Assembly (NCBI GenBank): GCA_963822445.1
Contig: CAWGHO010000002.1
Location: 416,001-480,000, forward strand
Direction of reading: 5' to 3'
DNA: 64,000 nucleotides
Source of the DNA: an uncultured Acidobacteriota bacterium
Lineage (GTDB): Bacteria; Acidobacteriota; Thermoanaerobaculia; Gp7-AA8
Below, piece by piece: positions 19,516 through 28,535 of the stretch. Numbering within the stretch: position 1 is the first letter of the stretch; every line of letters begins with the position of its first letter. The translations under genes and the position numbers were made by a program. The notes beneath the pieces were generated by a model. The model searched no databases, was not told the origin of the DNA, and saw only the letters and a list, made by a program, of their open reading frames with translations.

Positions 19516-20939
19516 CTCACCACCTCCAACTCCTGGGTGAACTGCGTGCGCGCCACGACGACGTCGTGCGGCATGCGCGCTTCGACGGTGCCGTGCAGGC
19601 GATGGCCGGCATTGCTGCACCGCAGATGGACGGTCAGGCGCAACGCGGCCTCGCCATCCAGCTTCATGGGTATCGCGCAGAGCGTCGTGTTGCCTTCGGG
19701 CGCGCGGTCGGCACCCCACAACAGATGCAGGAGGAACGACTGGCCGGCACGGCTGTCACCCCCGAGCCGGAAATCGGTGTCCACACGACACGCCTCGCCG
19801 GCCTCGGGAAGTTGCGCCTGCGGCAGCAACTCCATCGCCTCGCCTCGCATCGTGTTCACGCGCAATGTGCCACTCGGCGCGAGAACGACGCGCGAGCGCA
19901 TCGCCGACGCGACATCGCGCAGCGGGTCGACCGCCGGCGCGGCCCGCGACATGAATGCGCTGCGCACCGCGCCGATCCCGAAGATCTCCCCCGCAAAAAT
20001 CGTCGGCAGATCTTCCGCACCCAGTACCGTGAGCGTCTCGCGCAAACGCTGCGAGAGATCATGCGTCGTGATCCACGCACCATCGAGCGCTGAATCCACT
20101 GCCGCATGTGCAAGTCGATCAGGCAGCGAGTCAGGCGAGCCGGTCAACAGCGAAGTCAGCGTGCGCTCGAAGGCGGCACTCGGCGTCACGTGCAACGCTT
20201 CGGCGATGCGCGCGCTCCAGTGATTCCATCCGCGACCCGCAAGCGTCACGGAAGCTGTCGTGCGAAGACGAGGTTCGTCCGCTTTGCCGTCGATCGTGAC
20301 GCGATGAATGTGAAGATCAGTCTCCGACGTCTCGATGACCACGCATTCGCATGGGGCCTTGTCGACGAGCGCCATCGCCGCGGCGAGCTCCCGGCGGACG
20401 ACAAACGGCGATCGGAAGCCGCGCCGCCGAAACAACTTGTGCAGCACCAGCCGCGCATGCCGTCCGGTTTGCGCCGGCAGGATCACGATCGGGTCGATCT
20501 CCTGCGGGGCGTGCTGCCGCTCGAGAACGAACGCGAACGTCGGATCGAGCAATGCGTCGAGCATCGTCAGCGCGACGCGGGGCAAAAGGCCATCGACCGC
20601 GAGATCAGCGAGCGCCTCCGGCGTCGAAAGCACCGTCAGTGGAGAGGAAAGCTGCAACGCCACGGCGGATGCCTGCGGATCCCACGGTCGACGCACGCCG
20701 ATGCGCCGGGCGCGCAGAAAGAAACTGCGCGCGTCCGTTTTCGCGAGCGCCTCGACCGCGTCCTCCCACAGAAAATCGCGATCCTCGACGACACGCGGCT
20801 CGAAAAGGATGTCTGTCGACACGTTCCGGACCGCGACCTGGCGAATCTCCTGGCTGCACGGCACGAGCTCCCCGTCCTCGGTCACCAACAACGCGGAGAG
20901 AACGCGGCCGCCCAGATCGACGATCAGTTGCGGTCTCAT
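19512..20939 (-). CDS. Degenerate Hsp70/actin-fold protein (probably catalytically inactive)
   Basis: Colinear relics of Hsp70 motifs: LIVDLGG, ILPAQTG, RELAAAMA, VVIETSETDL (DxGGGT lost), AGRGWN, IFAGE; ATG 20939 overlaps the Hsp70 stop. Confidence 0.55.
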   Translation of the reverse strand: MRPQLIVDLGGRVLSALLVTEDGELVPCSQEIRQVAVRNVSTDILFEPRVVEDRDFLWEDAVEALAKTDARSFFLRARRIGVRRPWDPQASAVALQLSSPLTVLSTPEALADLAVDGLLPRVALTMLDALLDPTFAFVLERQHAPQEIDPIVILPAQTGRHARLVLHKLFRRRGFRSPFVVRRELAAAMALVDKAPCECVVIETSETDLHIHRVTIDGKADEPRLRTTASVTLAGRGWNHWSARIAEALHVTPSAAFERTLTSLLTGSPDSLPDRLAHAAVDSALDGAWITTHDLSQRLRETLTVLGAEDLPTIFAGEIFGIGAVRSAFMSRAAPAVDPLRDVASAMRSRVVLAPSGTLRVNTMRGEAMELLPQAQLPEAGEACRVDTDFRLGGDSRAGQSFLLHLLWGADRAPEGNTTLCAIPMKLDGEAALRLTVHLRCSNAGHRLHGTVEARMPHDVVVARTQFTQELEVVR

Positions 20940-23770
20940 CCCATCCAACTCTCTTCCTCGTGCAGCCGCGCCGGCTCGATCGTGACCGGGCTGCCATTGG
21001 CGAACACGCGCAACGTGCGATTCGCGCCGATGGCGAACGTGACGTCGCAACCCGGCCTGCCGGCGGTGTCGATCGAAATCTGGCCGATCAGGCTGACGTG
21101 CGGATTGCCGACGATGGCCTTTCCGGTGCCGGTGTTCTGGTAGAACTTGAGATTGAGGTAGCCGCCGGGCGGGATCATCTCCGCCGGATACGGCTTGGTC
21201 GCTTCGACCGGATACCGCGCGCCGCGCGCGATCACTTCGTCGAACTCGGGCTCGACCGGATTGGTGAACGTTTCGACGCCGTAGCTGTGCGGCAGGCGCC
21301 GTCCGTCGCTGAGCAGCAGGATCCGCGCTTTCGGGTCGACCAGTCGATCGCGCATCGAGCCGTACAGCGCGGCGCCTTTGGCGACGCACACTTTCAGGTG
21401 CTGCTCTTCGAGGAGATCGCGGTCGTCGCCGAGGCCGGGAAACATCGCTCGAACGCAGCGGCGGATCTGCGGCAGCAAACTCTGGCGGCCCGTGTGAAGG
21501 ATGAAGTCGATCTCGTTCGCATCGACTTCCGCGAGCGCGAGCGATGCGCGAATCAACTCCTCGGATCGTGCCAGGACCGGCTGAAGGAGATTGCCTGCCG
21601 CCTCGGCAGATAAAGGCGGAATCTTCACGCCGCGACGCGCCTGCTCGATCCTGCCGCCGTTGATGCGCACGAGCAGGTCGGGATGGATGTCGGTCGACGA
21701 CTGCTTCTTGTCCGCCATCCGGATCTTGGCCTGCTCGGCGAGGTCTTTCCATTGCGCGCGGACGCGCAGCAGCTCGCGCCAGACCTCGGCGCTCCACCCT
21801 TCGCGATCGCAGCGGCGCTGAAAATCGGTGAAGTTGCCGGCGATCAGAGTCGTATCGAGCTCGAACGCGGTCAGCTCCTGCTTGCAACGTCGGAGCAGCT
21901 CCTTCATCACGAGCACGTCGATGTGATCGCCGCCGATGTCGTTGTCGCCGAGGTTGGCGAGAATGCGCAGACCGGTGCCGCCGGTCTTCACCTGAGTTAC
22001 GCCGGCGACGGCAACGTCGAGCGTACCGCCGCCATGATCGAAAACGAGCAGCTTCAGTCCCTGCTCGCGAGCGATCGCGCTGGTGATTTCCGAGGAGCTG
22101 CGGGTTCTGCGAAGGAAGTCGAGGTAATAGAGAACCGCGGCCGACGGCTCGTCGAGGATGATTCCGGCGTTGACGCTCGCGCCGACGTCCTCGCTCTGTC
22201 GCGCTTCGACACGCTGGGCGCGCTCCTCCTCGGTATCGAGACCCGCACCGGCGCACGCTTCCAGCACGTCACGGATCTGAAGGTCATGAAAGTTGGCCGG
22301 GACGGTGATGATCGCCTTGCGGACGTTGTATTGCGCTCCGTTGCCGGAGTCGGCATGCAGCTTGTCCTCGGCGAACTGGACGAGCTTGCGGATGATCATC
22401 GAGGCCAGCTCGGCGGCCGAATAGGAGCGATCGAAGAAGGTGCGATCCCGCTCGTAACCCATCACCCGCTTGATCGACCGCACCGTGCGATCGGGCGCGG
22501 TGTCGGCTTCGTTACGCGCGGACTCGCCGATCTTGTACGTGTCGGGATCATCGAACACGAGCACGCTCGGAATGAGCTCCTTGCCCGAGGATTCGTCCTT
22601 CACCAGCGCCAGGCCACTCTTGTCGCGCGGACTGAGCACGGCCACGACGGAGTTCGTGGTGCCGAAGTCGATCCCGATGTAGTCCGCGTACTCCTTCGGC
22701 TTCACGACCGTGAGCTCGACCGGCAGAACCAGCGGCTCCTGCGCGTGCGGACGGATGATTACGCTGCCGCGATGCTTCCCTTCGGCCAGCTCGCGCGGCG
22801 AGCAGATCACCCGGAAATCGAAGGAGCGCAGGAACATCGTCGGAGAGACGGTCTTTCGGGCGGCCGATTCCGAGCACAGGAGGGTGAACCTGGACGCGCG
22901 CGCGACGACGTTGATCCATGGCGCGTCGCTTTCGATCGAGAGGATTTCCACGTCGGTCGTTCCATGGTTCTCGAGACGAACCGACGTCGCGTAGTCGCGC
23001 TTCGCCAGCGCTCGAGAGAAACGCAACGCGGCCGGATCGAGCTGCAGTCGATAGCGGAACATCTGGGCAGTGATCGGAACGACGACAACGCCGGCGTGAT
23101 TGGCGAAGTCGATCCGGACGTTCCCCTCGCCCATCGCTTGTCCGCCCGCCGCCGTCTGCCACACGACCGGTATCGACAGCGTCTCGTCTCGTCTGATCAG
23201 CCGGCCGTCGAACTCCCCTCGCACGCTCAATTGCGGCGAACCGGCGGCGCGCACAGTGGCCACGCGCAACGGAATGCTGCCGGTGTTCGCCAGTTCCAGC
23301 AGCCGTTCGGCCGACTTCCCTTCCTCGACGTGCTCGAAGTCCAGCGCCGGAGTGAGCAACTTCGGCATGGGCCCGGAACGGAGATCGATCTGCAGCGGCC
23401 GCTGTTTGCGCGTATCGCCGTCGACGACGCAGATGTATTCGGCGACCCGCTGAAATCCAGCCGGAAGCTTTTGCGCGTCGAGCGTCACGCGCACGCGCAG
23501 TTCGGAGCTCGCTGCGATCTCAACTCCACTCCCGGGATCGAACATCAGACCCGGGATGGCAGAACCGGCCCGGGGCTCGATCGAGACCCGTATCGCTCGC
23601 GGTCCGCCGTTGCGCAGACACAGCTCTCTGGACGGCGCAATGGATGTGATCAGCACGAGCGTCTCGGGCTCGATCTCCAGGAACAGCAACAGCTTCCCGC
23701 AGAAGCTGCAATACGCGTCGTCGGGACCGGGCTCCCACTGATGACAGTAACGGCACTCGGTCCGGCTCAT
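20936..23770 (-). CDS. Hsp70-family protein with N-terminal zinc ribbon and Ig-like (PapD/ASH-type) domains
   Basis: CRYC..YCSFC; LRNGG/LANTG/LENHG Ig-like repeats; YIGIDFGTTNS, ITVPANF, LDEPSAA, FDHGGGTLDV, GGDHID, AEQAK, VAKGAA; short substrate-binding domain with no lid. Confidence 0.88.
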   Translation of the reverse strand: MSRTECRYCHQWEPGPDDAYCSFCGKLLLFLEIEPETLVLITSIAPSRELCLRNGGPRAIRVSIEPRAGSAIPGLMFDPGSGVEIAASSELRVRVTLDAQKLPAGFQRVAEYICVVDGDTRKQRPLQIDLRSGPMPKLLTPALDFEHVEEGKSAERLLELANTGSIPLRVATVRAAGSPQLSVRGEFDGRLIRRDETLSIPVVWQTAAGGQAMGEGNVRIDFANHAGVVVVPITAQMFRYRLQLDPAALRFSRALAKRDYATSVRLENHGTTDVEILSIESDAPWINVVARASRFTLLCSESAARKTVSPTMFLRSFDFRVICSPRELAEGKHRGSVIIRPHAQEPLVLPVELTVVKPKEYADYIGIDFGTTNSVVAVLSPRDKSGLALVKDESSGKELIPSVLVFDDPDTYKIGESARNEADTAPDRTVRSIKRVMGYERDRTFFDRSYSAAELASMIIRKLVQFAEDKLHADSGNGAQYNVRKAIITVPANFHDLQIRDVLEACAGAGLDTEEERAQRVEARQSEDVGASVNAGIILDEPSAAVLYYLDFLRRTRSSSEITSAIAREQGLKLLVFDHGGGTLDVAVAGVTQVKTGGTGLRILANLGDNDIGGDHIDVLVMKELLRRCKQELTAFELDTTLIAGNFTDFQRRCDREGWSAEVWRELLRVRAQWKDLAEQAKIRMADKKQSSTDIHPDLLVRINGGRIEQARRGVKIPPLSAEAAGNLLQPVLARSEELIRASLALAEVDANEIDFILHTGRQSLLPQIRRCVRAMFPGLGDDRDLLEEQHLKVCVAKGAALYGSMRDRLVDPKARILLLSDGRRLPHSYGVETFTNPVEPEFDEVIARGARYPVEATKPYPAEMIPPGGYLNLKFYQNTGTGKAIVGNPHVSLIGQISIDTAGRPGCDVTFAIGANRTLRVFANGSPVTIEPARLHEEESWMG

Positions 23771-24663
23771 CAGAAACCCCTCACGATCACGAACAGCAGC
23801 GTGAAAAAGAGGAGCGCGATCACCGCGATCATCGCTCCTGGATGCACGCGACTGGCAGCCTGCGGCGGCAGCGACGGAGGAACGCGTTTCTCGGCGGCGA
23901 CGTTAGACGCCGTGAAGCGCAGCGCGATGTCCTGCATCTCAGGCCGCGGATCGTTGGTGCTCAGCCGAATGACGCCGCCAGCCGTCCCTCCGAACAGTTG
24001 CAACCGCAGCTTTACGGCGAACGGCGCGGTCCGTTCGAAGAATGGTCCGGCAATCGGACCCGTCCGATGACGGCCGTCGACTTCGAACGCAATACCGGCC
24101 GGAAGATCGGCGATCGTGACCACGAGCGGAATCGACGAGTCATTGGCCACCGACAACTGGTACGCGCGGTCGCCGCTGCCGAAGTCGAACGGTTGCGGCA
24201 CCGCCGATCCATTGAAGTCGAAGCGCGCGATCGCGTGCGAACGCCGCGTGATCATGCGGACCGGCAACTCTTCGATTCGGTTGCCGACCGCGAACTGCAA
24301 CACGCCGTGAAACTCGCCTTCCGCGTCGTGGACGACCACCACGTCGACCGCTGCGCCGGCCCCGCCGCCGTCCAGCGAAACACTCTCGCCCTCGGCCGAA
24401 ACCCATCGCGCCGTGAGCCACGAGGGCAGGTCCGCGAGACGAACATCGACCCGTTCCGCGTCTCGATTGCAGACACGCACGTGACACCGTTCGGCGCCCG
24501 GCGACGACACGGTTCCGAGATCGAGAACCCCCGCGCGGATCGCGCCGCCGAGAAACAGGAGTCGCGGCGACGGCATCGGCTCCAGCCACGTGCGCGCAGG
24601 TGCGCGCAACGCGCCGAGGAAGTGACGCTGCAGGGCGAGCACCGAGTCGCGGGAAAGGTTCAT
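23770..24663 (-). CDS. Ig-like domain protein with C-terminal membrane anchor
   Basis: LDLGTV, VRVCN, PSWL, LSVANDSSIPL, LSTNDP (ASH/BACON-like); C-terminal TM MIAVIALLFFTLLFVIV; overlaps both neighbours. Confidence 0.6.
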   Translation of the reverse strand: MNLSRDSVLALQRHFLGALRAPARTWLEPMPSPRLLFLGGAIRAGVLDLGTVSSPGAERCHVRVCNRDAERVDVRLADLPSWLTARWVSAEGESVSLDGGGAGAAVDVVVVHDAEGEFHGVLQFAVGNRIEELPVRMITRRSHAIARFDFNGSAVPQPFDFGSGDRAYQLSVANDSSIPLVVTIADLPAGIAFEVDGRHRTGPIAGPFFERTAPFAVKLRLQLFGGTAGGVIRLSTNDPRPEMQDIALRFTASNVAAEKRVPPSLPPQAASRVHPGAMIAVIALLFFTLLFVIVRGF

Positions 24664-25391
24664 CGCGCCGCCGTCATCACTCCGCCGCCCTGCCGGCCGA
24701 ACGCCATGATGTATAGCGGCGCCGTTCCGACATGCGGCGCAAAGCGGCCCTGCTCGTCGTCGATCAACGCCTCGACGTCGTACGTTCCTACGGGTGCTTT
24801 CTTGGACAGCGTCAGCTCGACCGTCGACTCGACCACGCCGCCACCCTTGGGAACCACGAACTCATTGGGACCGGCGCCGAACACGTAGTCCTCGCCGTAC
24901 TTCAGACCGCGAAAGACCCGCACCTTGATGTTCTCGTTCGGATCCGGTCCGAGCACGAGATAGCGGACGTATAGCTTCGCGGTCTGGCCCGGCTTCGGAT
25001 TCGCGGGCTGGAAGTGCACCTCTTCAATGCGCGCGACGTAACCCTGCGAGCTGTCGTAGCTGGCCTGGCGCACCGCGAGATCGCGGCCAGCGAAGATCTG
25101 ATCCTGTCGCTTGCCGACCGCGAATCCGGCGATCGCGCCGGCGACGGCACCAGCAAACGCGTGCTTCACGATCTGCTCGTGATCCATTCCGGCGACGCCC
25201 GCGCCGAGAGCCCCGATCGCGCCGCCGATCAGCGCACTAACGATTGCCTTTCGCTTGGCGCGGCTTTGCAGCGCCATCCAATCCTTGATGTTGGCGGGCT
25301 TCGACACCGCCCCGGCATTCGGCGTGGGTGCGGTCGCGCAGGCGGTGAAGAGCAGCGAGCAAACGAGCAGTGACGCAATTCCATTTCTCAT
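24660..25391 (-). CDS. Lipoprotein with glycine-zipper motif
   Basis: Lipobox LFTAC; ALIGGAIGALGAG and GAVAGAIAGFAVG; beta-rich C-terminal domain; GAGG RBS. Confidence 0.75.
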   Translation of the reverse strand: MRNGIASLLVCSLLFTACATAPTPNAGAVSKPANIKDWMALQSRAKRKAIVSALIGGAIGALGAGVAGMDHEQIVKHAFAGAVAGAIAGFAVGKRQDQIFAGRDLAVRQASYDSSQGYVARIEEVHFQPANPKPGQTAKLYVRYLVLGPDPNENIKVRVFRGLKYGEDYVFGAGPNEFVVPKGGGVVESTVELTLSKKAPVGTYDVEALIDDEQGRFAPHVGTAPLYIMAFGRQGGGVMTAAR

Positions 25392-25401
25392 GTCGAGTAC
25401 C

Positions 25402-27042
25402 TCAGAGTTGGTTCCTCGGCGGTGACGAGGGTTTCCGGATGGTGTTGGTGTTCGGTCCGACCTGTGTGTCCTTGAAGGCGTTCTTGCGGCCCTCTTTCGC
25501 CAGTTGAAGGAGCGCGCGGGCCCGGGTGACGATCGATTCCGGAGCACGCGGGTCATCGCCGAGGTTTTTCGCGAAGCGCTCGGCTTCGGGCCAGCGCTCT
25601 TCGCGCAGGTCTTCCTCGATCTCGGAGAGACGTGAGGCCCACACGGCGTCCTGCGCTTTGCGCGTCTCTGCCGCAACGCGCGCGACGGTCACCCGCGAGC
25701 GGAGAGCTGCGATCTGTTCGCGCTCTTCACTGAGGTCTTGCGCGCGGCGCTGTGCCAACTCCGCGATGCGATCGAGCTCCTCGATCGCAATGTCGAATCG
25801 CTCGAAGGCGAGGTCGTTTTCGGCGCGCGCGAGCCCTGTGAGGATCGCCTTGCGCAGCGCATCGAGCTCGTGGCGCTTCGCCGCTCCGTCGTCCACCGGA
25901 TCGCGCTCGACCGCTGCGAACGGCGTCGTCTTGACCGGCTCGCTCTTGCGAGCCTCGGGCTGCTGCGGGGGCGGCGGCAGTGCCAGGCCGGGCGTTTCGA
26001 CGAAGACCGGTGCGGGGATGGAGGTCGCGATGCGCGTTGTCGATGGCGCCGCTACTGGAAACGGCTGTTCGCGGAGCCGATCGCGAACCACGAACGACGC
26101 GGCGGCGAGGCCTCCTGCGATGGCAAATCCCGCGACCACCGCCGGTTTTCGCGATGGCGGCTCCTGAACGACGACCGGCAGGACTTCGGTAGTCGCATCC
26201 ACCTCGATTGGTGGCGGCGCGGAGACGAAAAAGCCGACGGCACCTTCGCGCAACGCCTCACCGAATGCGGCTGCCGAAGGGAATCGCTCGTCCGGATCAT
26301 GTCGCAGCGCGATCCGGACGGCCTCGCACACCCCGATGGGCAAGTCGGGCGCGAACGTGCGCAATTCGGGCGGCCCGACTACCCGCTCATGGATCTGTGC
26401 GAGATATTCACGCGCTTCGAAGGCCTGACGCCCGGCCACCATCCGATACAGGACGAGCGCGGCGCTGTAGATGTCGGTGCGGCGATCGAGGCTCCTGGCC
26501 TGCAACTGTTCCGGCGACATGTACGGCGGGCTGCCGATCAGCTGCAGCGAGGCGGTGATCCGCGGCGTTTCGCTGAGCAGCGCGATCCCGAAATCGGCGA
26601 GCTTCACGCGGCTGCCGCAGACCATGACGTTCGACGGCTTTACGTCGCGATGAATGATCTTCTCGCCGTGCACATACTCGAGCGCGTCGAGCACTTGCTC
26701 GAAGATCGGCAGCGCTTCTTCGAGTGTCAGCCGGGCGCGCGTCGAACGATCGAGGAGTGCGGCCAGCGTCTCGCCTTCGACGTACTCCATGGCGATGAAC
26801 AGCTCGTCGTGCTCGTCGATGAGATCGTAGACGGCGACGACGTTCGGATGCTGCAGGCGGGCCTGGGCCTGCGCTTCGCGCAGGAGACGTTGACGAAGTG
26901 CGGCATCTCCGGCGCTCTTCGGCAGCAGCGTCTTGATGGCGGCTGCGCGCCCGAGTGTCTCGTGGCGGCCTTTGTAGACGAGACCCATCCCGCCTTCCGC
27001 CAGAACCCTCTCAATCCGGTAAGACCCGATTCGCTCTCTCAC
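25402..27042 (-). CDS. Hanks-type Ser/Thr protein kinase with TM and helical C-terminal domain
   Basis: EGGMGLVY, AAIK, HPNVV, IHRDVKPSN, DFG, GSPPYMSPEQ, DIYS; TM VVAGFAIAGGLAAASFVV. Confidence 0.95.
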   Translation of the reverse strand: MRERIGSYRIERVLAEGGMGLVYKGRHETLGRAAAIKTLLPKSAGDAALRQRLLREAQAQARLQHPNVVAVYDLIDEHDELFIAMEYVEGETLAALLDRSTRARLTLEEALPIFEQVLDALEYVHGEKIIHRDVKPSNVMVCGSRVKLADFGIALLSETPRITASLQLIGSPPYMSPEQLQARSLDRRTDIYSAALVLYRMVAGRQAFEAREYLAQIHERVVGPPELRTFAPDLPIGVCEAVRIALRHDPDERFPSAAAFGEALREGAVGFFVSAPPPIEVDATTEVLPVVVQEPPSRKPAVVAGFAIAGGLAAASFVVRDRLREQPFPVAAPSTTRIATSIPAPVFVETPGLALPPPPQQPEARKSEPVKTTPFAAVERDPVDDGAAKRHELDALRKAILTGLARAENDLAFERFDIAIEELDRIAELAQRRAQDLSEEREQIAALRSRVTVARVAAETRKAQDAVWASRLSEIEEDLREERWPEAERFAKNLGDDPRAPESIVTRARALLQLAKEGRKNAFKDTQVGPNTNTIRKPSSPPRNQL

Positions 27043-27078
27043 GTGAACTTTCTCGCGATGACGGGAAAGACACGGACG

Positions 27079-28488
27079 TCACGATTTGGTTTTTCTGAAC
27101 GAGATGAATGCGGCGATCACGGTCACGCCGGCCAGCAGCAATAACGCGATTCCACCCGAGACGACCGGTGACGCCGCGTTCGGCAGGGTGGCAATCCGCG
27201 CTTCCCGGTACCGCTTGCCGCAGTCCTGGCTCGGTCCAGGCGCGACTGAAAAACCGGACCAGCGGTCGCGGAAAACATCGAGTCGATGCCCGTCCACGTC
27301 GACGGTGGAAAGGCGAATGTCCGTCCAATAACGTCCGGCCAGATCGCATTCGACGTCGCGCACGCTGCGGAATCCGCCCGCACCGCCGGAAGGATCCCGT
27401 TCCATGGCGATGGCCGTCCGGTCACCGCCGGGCTTTGCCACGATCACCTCGAGCGCGAGTGCGTACTCCCGGAATTCCTCGAAGGCGCGGCCGCTCCCGT
27501 CGGCCACACGATAGATGACCGGCACCCGATCGCATTGACTCAGCGACTCCCCTTGACGCGGACGCAGCAACGTCCCGCGCGGAAAAAACTGTTGCGACAG
27601 AATCCGCACGCGGGCGTCGGCGCGCGACTTCCGGATGATCCATTTGCCCGCCGACGGCCGCGGAACGACCAGCGTGGTCAGGACGTCGCCAAGCGGCACC
27701 GACTCGATGCCGTCGGCTCCGGCGCGAATCGGTCTTGCGCTGCCGGCAGGGAACACCTCGACCGTGACGGCCGGTGAAGGGCGGAAAATGTCGAACACGA
27801 TGAGATCGAGATACGGAGGCACGAGCAGCACATCCACGCCATGGCCGGTTTTGACAGCGGCGCTTTCGACGGTTTGTGTGCCGGCAAGGCGGCCGATCAC
27901 ACCGTGCGCCGATGCCAGCAGCCGATCGGGTCTGCCGGCCGCCAGTTCCACGCGTGCGAGCTCGCGCCAGAACGCGTGCGCTCGCCGATCGGTCAGAAGA
28001 ACATCCAAGGTGATCCCGGAACGCGCGATGAAACGCGACAGGTCCGCGCGATACGCATTCATATCGCGGCCGCGCATGTACGGCGCACCGTCGGTGAACA
28101 GTACGATCGCTCGGCGCCGTTCCGGTCTCACCGGCAGTGCAAGAAAAAGCCGCTCCGCGGCGATGAGCGCGGCAAGTACGTCGGTCTCACCGCGATCCTC
28201 GTAGCCGAGTGCGTCGAGCCGCGGTCCGAGCCGGCGTGCGGAGGTGAACGGCAGGTCGACTGTCGGCGCCGATCCGAATCGAATCACCGCCAGTCGATGC
28301 TCGAGTTGGTAGGCGGCCGCATTGCGCTCGAGCATGTCGGCCGTCATCCGCAGAAGAAGGACCTCACCGCGAGGATGGCGGGCCATGCTTTTCGAGCAAT
28401 CGAGCAGCACCACCAGATCCAGTCCTGCATCCGCTGAAGCCGCGATACTGACGGAAAGCAACAGAGCGAGCGCGAAGAAGCGGGTCAC
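27079..28488 (-). CDS. Exported vWA domain protein with C-terminal TM
   Basis: Signal peptide; LDLVVLLDCSKSM (MIDAS), GETDV, IVLFTDG; TM GGIALLLLAGVTVIAAFISF. Confidence 0.85.
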   Translation of the reverse strand: MTRFFALALLLSVSIAASADAGLDLVVLLDCSKSMARHPRGEVLLLRMTADMLERNAAAYQLEHRLAVIRFGSAPTVDLPFTSARRLGPRLDALGYEDRGETDVLAALIAAERLFLALPVRPERRRAIVLFTDGAPYMRGRDMNAYRADLSRFIARSGITLDVLLTDRRAHAFWRELARVELAAGRPDRLLASAHGVIGRLAGTQTVESAAVKTGHGVDVLLVPPYLDLIVFDIFRPSPAVTVEVFPAGSARPIRAGADGIESVPLGDVLTTLVVPRPSAGKWIIRKSRADARVRILSQQFFPRGTLLRPRQGESLSQCDRVPVIYRVADGSGRAFEEFREYALALEVIVAKPGGDRTAIAMERDPSGGAGGFRSVRDVECDLAGRYWTDIRLSTVDVDGHRLDVFRDRWSGFSVAPGPSQDCGKRYREARIATLPNAASPVVSGGIALLLLAGVTVIAAFISFRKTKS

Positions 28489-28535
28489 ATCGAAGAAGAC
28501 ACGGCGAAGCGGAACTCGGGTGTGACACGCGGCGT

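Noticed and set aside
20940-22256. N-terminal half of the 914-aa ORF 19512..22256
   Set aside because: Arg-rich off-frame read-through overlapping the Hsp70; the plausible start is ATG 20939, overlapping the Hsp70 stop.
18562-23770. Calling these genes housekeeping dnaK/grpE
   Set aside because: Domain fusions, TM anchor, missing lid and no hrcA/dnaJ context indicate specialised paralogs; symbols withheld.
5404-24070. Long plus-strand ORFs (5404..7032, 13809..15821, 21683..24070 etc.)
   Set aside because: Antisense shadows of well-supported minus-strand genes, expected in high-GC DNA; no motifs.
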